From Octopus bimaculoides (taxonomy: Eukaryota), in NCBI RefSeq assembly GCF_001194135.2, contig NC_068987.1, forward strand, positions 94,871,298 to 94,922,766: a stretch of 51,469 nucleotides of DNA. Direction: 5' to 3'. The notes under the pieces are model-generated. The model saw only the letters and a program-made list of their open reading frames with translations, did no database searches and was not told where the DNA came from. Made by a program: the position numbers and the translations under genes. Positions 48,143-51,469 of the stretch are shown here, one piece after another; position 1 is the first letter of the stretch, and every line of letters starts with the position of its first letter.

Positions 48143-50965
48143 CCGTGCATCCCTACACATGTCATGCCACTGGTGGGTGTCTCTATTGATGTGACATTGT
48201 ATCATATGTAGTCCTTGATTAGACATATCATGACACACAAACAAAATATCTCATGGCTGTCATAGTTAATAGCTTTGAACATGGTTTTTTTTTGCCTGGA
48301 GATGGTTTCTCCAAGAAATATGTAGAATTAAAGAGAGAGTGGGTGGGGGGCAGAGGAGAGAAAATGTGTCACCCTGACAGTAAACCAAACTGATTTTTTT
48401 GCCAGCAGTACACTTGCCTCCATCAAATATGATTTCTATTTCTATTTGTCAAGAGTTACAACTGCTCACAGCTGTCGTCATTCCTCTTTTGCTCTCTCAT
48501 TCACATCTTTCCTTACGTTTCTCTCTCTCCATATATGCGTGTGCATTAATGTCTGCATAATGTGAGTGTAAGTGCATCTTTACGTGCATGTTGGTGTTAA
48601 GGTGTGCTCTTGTATTTACATTTCCTCAGTTAAACAAATAAAATGTCATCTCTAATGGATTCTTACAGCCACCCACACTCTCTGAAATTCTCCGAAATAG
48701 CAGTGAGTCTATCAAGTGCAATAGAGAGCAAGCTTTATTACCTACATTCACAAAACACACAACACCACTCTTGTTACACTGCACATTTCTACCATGTGTG
48801 TGAGTGTGAGTTTGCTACAAAATCATAAACTCACAAATAAGAAACTGAATCACACACACACAAAGGTCTAGTATGATGACAAGTTAGCCACTATCAAGGT
48901 AAAGACTGGAGTAGTTGAAACCCATCAAATGAACATTACTTTATGACATGAATCATTTCATTACAAGATGCAGTAGAATTAGATCTTGCAGTCAAAATGT
49001 TGGATGAGATCAAACAAACAAAACAGAGCCGTTTGTAAGAAAGTTTTTTATTATGTATGTATTAATATATGAATGTGTATACACCATAATATACTAATAC
49101 ATATATAAATATATCACCATAATTTAATGTCCCTGCTCCTTGTTGGCATGGGTTTTATACACACACACATCCACCACCCACACACCTGTATATATGAGGC
49201 TGAATTTGGCTACCTTGTATAGGTTTAGATGTTGATGTGTGCATGTATGTGTGTGTGGAGTGAGAGAAAGAGATTACTGTATGCTTTAATACATATACAT
49301 TCATACATCATAAAAGACCTCCATATGGCTTTTGTTTAAACTACTACTTCTACTACTACTACTATAATAAATAAGCCAATGGAACTGCACATTTCTCTCT
49401 CTCTCTTTCCTTCTCTCTCTTCCATTCAGACAGTGCATCTTGGCTGGCGCTGTGCCATTGAGCCGTCCCTTCCTACCCTGGTGCCTAAGTTCAGCAAAGT
49501 AGTACAATAAGTATTAAGTGTAAGAAGGCCTGAAGAGAAGGAGAGTCCAGCTGCTCTGCTTCCTCTTCTGCATCCTCCTCCGCCTCCCTTTCAAAAACGT
49601 GGTATTCCAAGAAAGCAAAAAAAAAAACTAATCCTGCACAGGTTTGTCTCCATGGCTACTAATCAAATGTGCAGTCATAATGCTGCTAATTCAACATCGT
49701 CCCAGTCTCCCCACCCCCTTCCCAAATATCTGTGACATGTATAAACCTAGTATTTAATAATGATTGCACATCCAATAGGTGCTTGATGATTAATTTTCGT
49801 TTCTGTTTTAGTTTTTTTTCTTTTTTTTTTTCTTAACTTCTATATTAAATAAGTAAAATGCATTGCATTTTCATGCACTAACCGGTAAATATCAATGTTT
49901 CGTGTAGGCATTAGGCTCTCTATTGACTATTCTGTGTAGGAGTGTGTGGTTGTGCTATAATGAAAAAACATCACTGTTTTGCTGGGGTCATTTCTTTTAT
50001 CAAGTGTATTTTCAAAGTTATTTTCATATTTTCACATGAGTTCCTTGATGTTTGTTTTAAAAAGGACAATTTTTAAACTCCATCGTCAGCCTTTCTCCAC
50101 ATTTGTAGTGACATCTTCAAGATGCTTTGATGTTGGCCTACATTGCTGCTTCTTTAGTGTAGGCAGATCCTACCTAATAAATTACTGCTGGAATTTTAAT
50201 TTTGACAGATTTATGCATCATCAGTGAGGGCTTTTTTTGCTTTTGGTTTGTGACTAGAGTATGTTGTTTGTGTGTTTATTTTAGGTACAAACCACACACA
50301 AAGGCCATTATATAAATTAGATATATTCAAACTAGAGAATAGATAAATAATCATAAACTTCATAAAATTGAATCCAAAATATATTACATTAAATCATTAA
50401 CTGATACCATTTCACCTTCATATTCAATAACAAATGACTGCAGGCATGGAAACCCATCAACAAACTAGTGCGAAGGACCTCTGAGAAATGGAATTTAGAA
50501 ATACGATTGTAAAGTCGTAAAGATCACAACTCTCTCGATGTCATATTGTGTCATACTTGTACAGTAATAGACTATCATGTGTCCACTTTACACATTGCCA
50601 GATAATACAACATACAAATGAATTCTAATTAAGGATTAATAGTCCAAGCAATACTCAGAGCATGGCAGAATGTTAAATAAACACACAGGTAACAGACACA
50701 AGTAAACAAACACAGGTAACATACAGGAGTCATAAAATAAAACACACACTTGATTGATGACACAGAAATATAAGAGTCAAACTTAAAACTCTAGTAGTCA
50801 TGACAACAACCAGAACCATGAGACAAAGTCAAGACAATAGTGCATTCAGTGAATTAAATGGGCTGAATAAACTAATGTCAACTCATCAAATATTGAGCAT
50901 GGAAAGGCCTTGAGTAAAGAAACAGAAGAGTTTGGGATTTATCTAAAAGAAACGCCATTCCTAAT

Positions 50966-51000
<35 letters not shown>

Positions 51001-51039
51001 ACAAACAAATGAAACTAACCACACACACAGTAATTTACA

Positions 51040-51120
51040 GATGGGTTTGTGTATGTGTACATATATGTATATATATATATGTATATATATGTGTATGTGT
51101 ATATATATATACACATACAC

Positions 51121-51169
<49 letters not shown>

Positions 51170-51288
51170 TATATATATACACACATACACATATATATAT
51201 ATGTGTATGTATATATATATACATACACATATATATATACACATACATATATATATACACATACATATATATATATATATACACATAC

Positions 51289-51320
<32 letters not shown>

Positions 51321-51330
51321 ATACATATAC

Positions 51331-51362
<32 letters not shown>

Positions 51363-51469
51363 ATACACATACATATACACACATACACATACATATATAT
51401 ACACATACATATATATATACACATACATATATATATACACATACATATATATATACACATACATATATA
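51040..51469. repeat. Long compound (TA)n/(TACA)n microsatellite running to the window end
   Basis: Direct reading. Confidence 0.95.

Noticed and set aside
49445-49490. REST/NRSF RE1 site (GGCGCTGT half-site)
   Set aside because: Only one half matches; the GGTGCTGAA half is absent at canonical spacing.
44456-51464. Many YI/HT/CV-repeat ORFs
   Set aside because: They are translations of (TA)n, (CA)n and (TG)n microsatellites and have no coding support.

Overview
Eukaryotic, AT-rich, microsatellite-dense genomic DNA. The repeat content looks like an octopus (coleoid cephalopod) draft assembly; this is an inference from recalled repeat families. There are ten N-gaps (1121-1148, 2832-2841, 8918-9420, 10274-10283, 14319-14822, 16419-16829, 20759-21293, 23535-23919, 26607-26910, 35073-35446). 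The only host gene I can support is the 3' part of a + strand teneurin (Ten-m/TENM/odz). Four GT-AG exons (2990-3237, 27728-28027, 32377-33988, 43551-44419) join with consistent phases (1|0|0|1|stop) into about 1,009 residues covering the YD-repeat shell, RHS core, internal linker/ABD and Tox-GHH/TCAP C-terminus. The introns carry decayed mobile elements: a mariner with an internal inversion, a CR1-like LINE, a Gypsy 3' end with Gmr1-like layout, two copies of a PHD-finger-carrying RTE LINE, a BovB-like RTE, a DD37D maT, a Tc1 end, several tRNA-like SINEs and a Penelope-type hammerhead ribozyme motif. Best leads: (1) a second, stronger in-frame 5' splice site that would add 25 aa to the teneurin YD shell; (2) the minimal hammerhead ribozyme; (3) a PHD finger inside the RTE reverse transcriptase; (4) LINE/SINE tail sharing visible within the window; (5) the precise inversion in the mariner. 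No prokaryotic system (CRISPR, toxin-immunity locus, operon) is supported. All family assignments come from motif recognition by eye, not database searches.
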